Shown here: positions 56,186 to 58,550 of the stretch, piece after piece
Layout of the letters: the number at the start of each line of letters is the position of its first letter
Numbering within the stretch: position 1 is the stretch's first letter
IMG/VR virus record: IMGVR_UViG_3300007513_000047
Span: 1 to 58,550 of that record
Source: a virus
Lineage: Duplodnaviria; Caudoviricetes
DNA: 58,550 nucleotides
Strand: one strand, 5' to 3'
The notes under the pieces: generated by a model
The model's database searches: none
What the model was told of the DNA's origin: nothing
Seen by the model: the letters and a program-made list of their open reading frames with translations, nothing else
Translations under genes and position numbers: made by a program

Positions 56186-57715
56186 TTAACTGAATTTGTT
56201 CAATATATTTCTATAAGTATTTAGTTCTTCTATTTGGGTCGTATCCATACCCTCAATCCATGGTCCGCCTCGTGTATAATGTATTGCACTAGGTCTCCAA
56301 TTAGTTTCTCTTGTATCATGTCCTTCTGTAAACACATAATGTTCTGGTATCTGAGATATCTTATCAGTCCATTCAAATTGATGTAAGTATTTACCACTTG
56401 CAGTATTAATTACTTCTGGTGTAAGTTTTTTGCAGTCTTCGTGTGCGTTATTAAATATCATTAGCGAAGACCATAGTTTCTTTGGATACGAAACATTCTT
56501 TTCACCATCGAACTTAGTATCTGGATATTTGTCAAAGTCATATTGTATACATGCGACTGCATCATCTGGGTCCAGAAAGTAGAACATTGGCCATAAACTC
56601 TTAGTGAATAATATATCATCGTCTAAGAATATACTAAATCCTTCGTAATTTTCTAAGTATGGAATTAAGAATCTACTGTAAGTAAATTCTGTAGATTGAT
56701 TTGCATAGTCTCTAGTGTATTCAGGAATCTTAGATATATCAAGAAAGTTAATTTCTGGTTTCCATTTATTCATCCAATTGTGAACCTCTCCACCACCAGC
56801 GCCAAATTTCGTTGAATATTCAATACACTTCTTATTTAATTCTGCGAGATTTTTATGTCTAGAATCGTAACCAATGTATACATTTGAGTGTTTACCTTTA
56901 GCTAACTTATTGATTTTCTTATTAAAATCATAAACTTCTGTTCTAAAAGTCATCTGTAATAAGTCGGTTAGTATCTCTATATAACCATGAGTAAATGCAA
57001 ATGATATATTCTTATGATACTTATCTGGTCTTGCAAGTATCTTTTCTTTAGCCCAATCTATAATTTCTTCTATTTCTATTTCCGGAACAGGTATGATATC
57101 GTATTCGTCCCATATCCACATTTCCATATCCCAATCATCTAGACATTCAAATACAGGAGAACGAACAGAACCTGGGTGAATGTTTAAACTAAACATATCT
57201 CCTTGTTTTTTAACTATACCTTGAATTGGATTCCATAAACCCTCTTTTCTTATACTGTTTACTAACCAATGTGCTTTAGCGGCATGATAATATACAGAAC
57301 ATATGTTCTCTTCAAAGTCTGGATTATGTGATTCATCAATATGCGTTCCTATCTTTTCATATTCATCATTTGAATTTTTGAACTCCATACCCGAGTGACC
57401 AGGTTTTGGATTCTCTGGTTTATATGTATAACCATGTGGTAAGAAATACTGATATCCAAAAGCTTGAGACTGCAATGCGTTCCAACCAGAAAACTTACCG
57501 TCTCTAATTAACTTAACTACATCTCCCCATGTGACTCTTTTAAGTTTTAGATTATATTCTTTGATTATATATTTTAAAGATTTGTATGCCTCTTTGTCTT
57601 CGTAAGGTTCATCTATGTTGAACCCGCCCATGTGCATATGGAAAGACCTGTCTTTCCAATCTTCTTTTTCTAGAATGGCTATAGTGTCACTTAAAGTTTT
57701 AGAACTGATACTCAT
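56186..57715 (-). CDS. two-domain protein: ParB/Srx-like N-part and GT-A glycosyltransferase
   Basis: SIRKEGLWNPI...HPGSVR; then VYIGYDSR, STEFTYSRFLIPYL, FLDDDILF (DxD), YPKKLWSSLMIFN, LHQFEW and HYTRGGPW. Confidence 0.8.
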   Translation of the reverse strand: MSISSKTLSDTIAILEKEDWKDRSFHMHMGGFNIDEPYEDKEAYKSLKYIIKEYNLKLKRVTWGDVVKLIRDGKFSGWNALQSQAFGYQYFLPHGYTYKPENPKPGHSGMEFKNSNDEYEKIGTHIDESHNPDFEENICSVYYHAAKAHWLVNSIRKEGLWNPIQGIVKKQGDMFSLNIHPGSVRSPVFECLDDWDMEMWIWDEYDIIPVPEIEIEEIIDWAKEKILARPDKYHKNISFAFTHGYIEILTDLLQMTFRTEVYDFNKKINKLAKGKHSNVYIGYDSRHKNLAELNKKCIEYSTKFGAGGGEVHNWMNKWKPEINFLDISKIPEYTRDYANQSTEFTYSRFLIPYLENYEGFSIFLDDDILFTKSLWPMFYFLDPDDAVACIQYDFDKYPDTKFDGEKNVSYPKKLWSSLMIFNNAHEDCKKLTPEVINTASGKYLHQFEWTDKISQIPEHYVFTEGHDTRETNWRPSAIHYTRGGPWIEGMDTTQIEELNTYRNILNKFS

Positions 57716-57748
57716 AATATAGAATCCGGTTTATACGGATATTTATGT

Positions 57749-58550
57749 CTACGAAGTAATAGGTGATCCAGGCCAAGTACCAGTGCCATCCCAACGGATA
57801 ACTGGTGTTCGCCCTTGTCTTGCATATGTAGACGGCGACCTATGGTCGTAAGTTGAAGGTTGTTGTCCTTGTCTTGCATATGTAGTAGGACTTCTGTGGT
57901 CGTAAGTTGAAGGTTGTTGTCCTTGTCTTGCATATGTAGACGGCGACCTGTGGTCATATGTGAATGGCGACTGTTTACTTGTCGGATGTTGATATGTCGA
58001 AGGACTTCTATGGTCGTATGTCAATGGCGACCTATGGTCATAAGAAGATGGCGACCTGTGGTCATATGTAAACGGTGACCTGTGATTATATGTAGTAGGC
58101 GACCTATGGTCATAAGAAGATGGCGACCTATGGTCGTATGTAAATGGACTTTGTTTATTTCTAATATTGGGTTCTTGAGCATTACTAGGTTGCTGAATAT
58201 CTCTAATATTAGGTTGTTGAGCAGACCTAATATTTGGTTCTTGTGCATTACTAGGTGATTGATTATTTCTTATATTAGGTTGTTGAGCAGACTTAATCGT
58301 AGGTTGCTGAGCATTACTAGGTTGTTGAGCAGACCTAATGTTCGGTTCTTGAATGTTTCTAATGTTAGGTTCTTGACCAGCCTTAATCGTAGGTTGTTGA
58401 TTATTTCTAATGTTTGGTTCTTGTGCGTTCCTAATGTTTGGTTGTCTAGCATTAGCAATATAAGGCGACTGGAATGTAAACGGTTGCCTATACGGTTGTC
58501 GAGCATTAGCAATATAAGGACTTTGATAAGTAAACGGTTGTCTATATGGT
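57749..58550 (-). CDS. C-terminal part of a long Pro-periodic tandem-repeat protein (starts beyond the window)
   Basis: The frame is open from 58549 to the stop at 57749: ...PYRQPFTYQSPYIANARQ (x2), NAQEPNIR/SAQQPNIR units, [ST]YDHRSP[STF] units, TYARQGQQP, then RWDGTGTWPGSPITS. Confidence 0.88.
   Translation of the reverse strand, partial: PYRQPFTYQSPYIANARQPYRQPFTFQSPYIANARQPNIRNAQEPNIRNNQQPTIKAGQEPNIRNIQEPNIRSAQQPSNAQQPTIKSAQQPNIRNNQSPSNAQEPNIRSAQQPNIRDIQQPSNAQEPNIRNKQSPFTYDHRSPSSYDHRSPTTYNHRSPFTYDHRSPSSYDHRSPLTYDHRSPSTYQHPTSKQSPFTYDHRSPSTYARQGQQPSTYDHRSPTTYARQGQQPSTYDHRSPSTYARQGRTPVIRWDGTGTWPGSPITS
57817..58140. repeat. coding tandem repeats (21-bp and 54-bp units)
   Basis: 54-bp units at 57817, 57871 and 57925 (partial); 21-bp ggcgacctRtggtcRta units with synonymous variation. 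Confidence 0.9.

Noticed and set aside
57712-58512. Track ORFs 57712-57957, 58021-58248 and 58270-58512
   Set aside because: Alternative-frame shadows of the single repeat-protein frame ending at 57749
57800-58550. CRISPR-like array or DGR repeats
   Set aside because: Unit lengths are multiples of 3, vary at synonymous positions and have no unique spacers. They are coding repeats of one open frame, and no cas or reverse transcriptase gene is in the window.
1-58550. Alternative genetic code or stop-codon reassignment
   Set aside because: Core genes translate full length in code 11 and end in TAA, TAG or TGA

Overview
This is a 58.5-kb, AT-rich segment of a large T4-like myophage, probably aquatic, with essentially all genes on the minus strand. 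Read along that strand, it runs: a Pro-periodic repeat protein with a glycosyltransferase and 2OG-Fe(II) oxygenases; the neck, terminase, tail and head block (gp13-gp23, with an acyl carrier protein inserted between gp14 and gp15); gp3, uvsY, uvsW; gp55, gp47, gp46; amtB and peptide deformylase; an early region with repeated promoters and a CobT/CobS-like VWA-AAA pair; gp45, gp44, gp62, regA; a curli-like module (csgF, csgG, two curlin-like proteins, FecR protein, CHASE2 class III cyclase); a ~330-nt structured non-coding region before hsp20; a non-canonical tRNA-Gly(ACC) heading ahpC, a DUF4338/GNAT-like protein, a cytidylyltransferase and a T4 beta-glucosyltransferase-like protein; then lysozyme, gp43, iscU, uvsX and gp41. 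The best candidates for new biology are (1) the atypical tRNA-Gly(ACC) with its neighbouring transferases, a possible tRNA-dependent DNA hypermodification system, (2) the repeat-protein hydroxylation/glycosylation cassette, (3) the curli-FecR-cyclase signalling module and (4) the large ncRNA. All assignments are from motif recognition by eye; no database searches were run.
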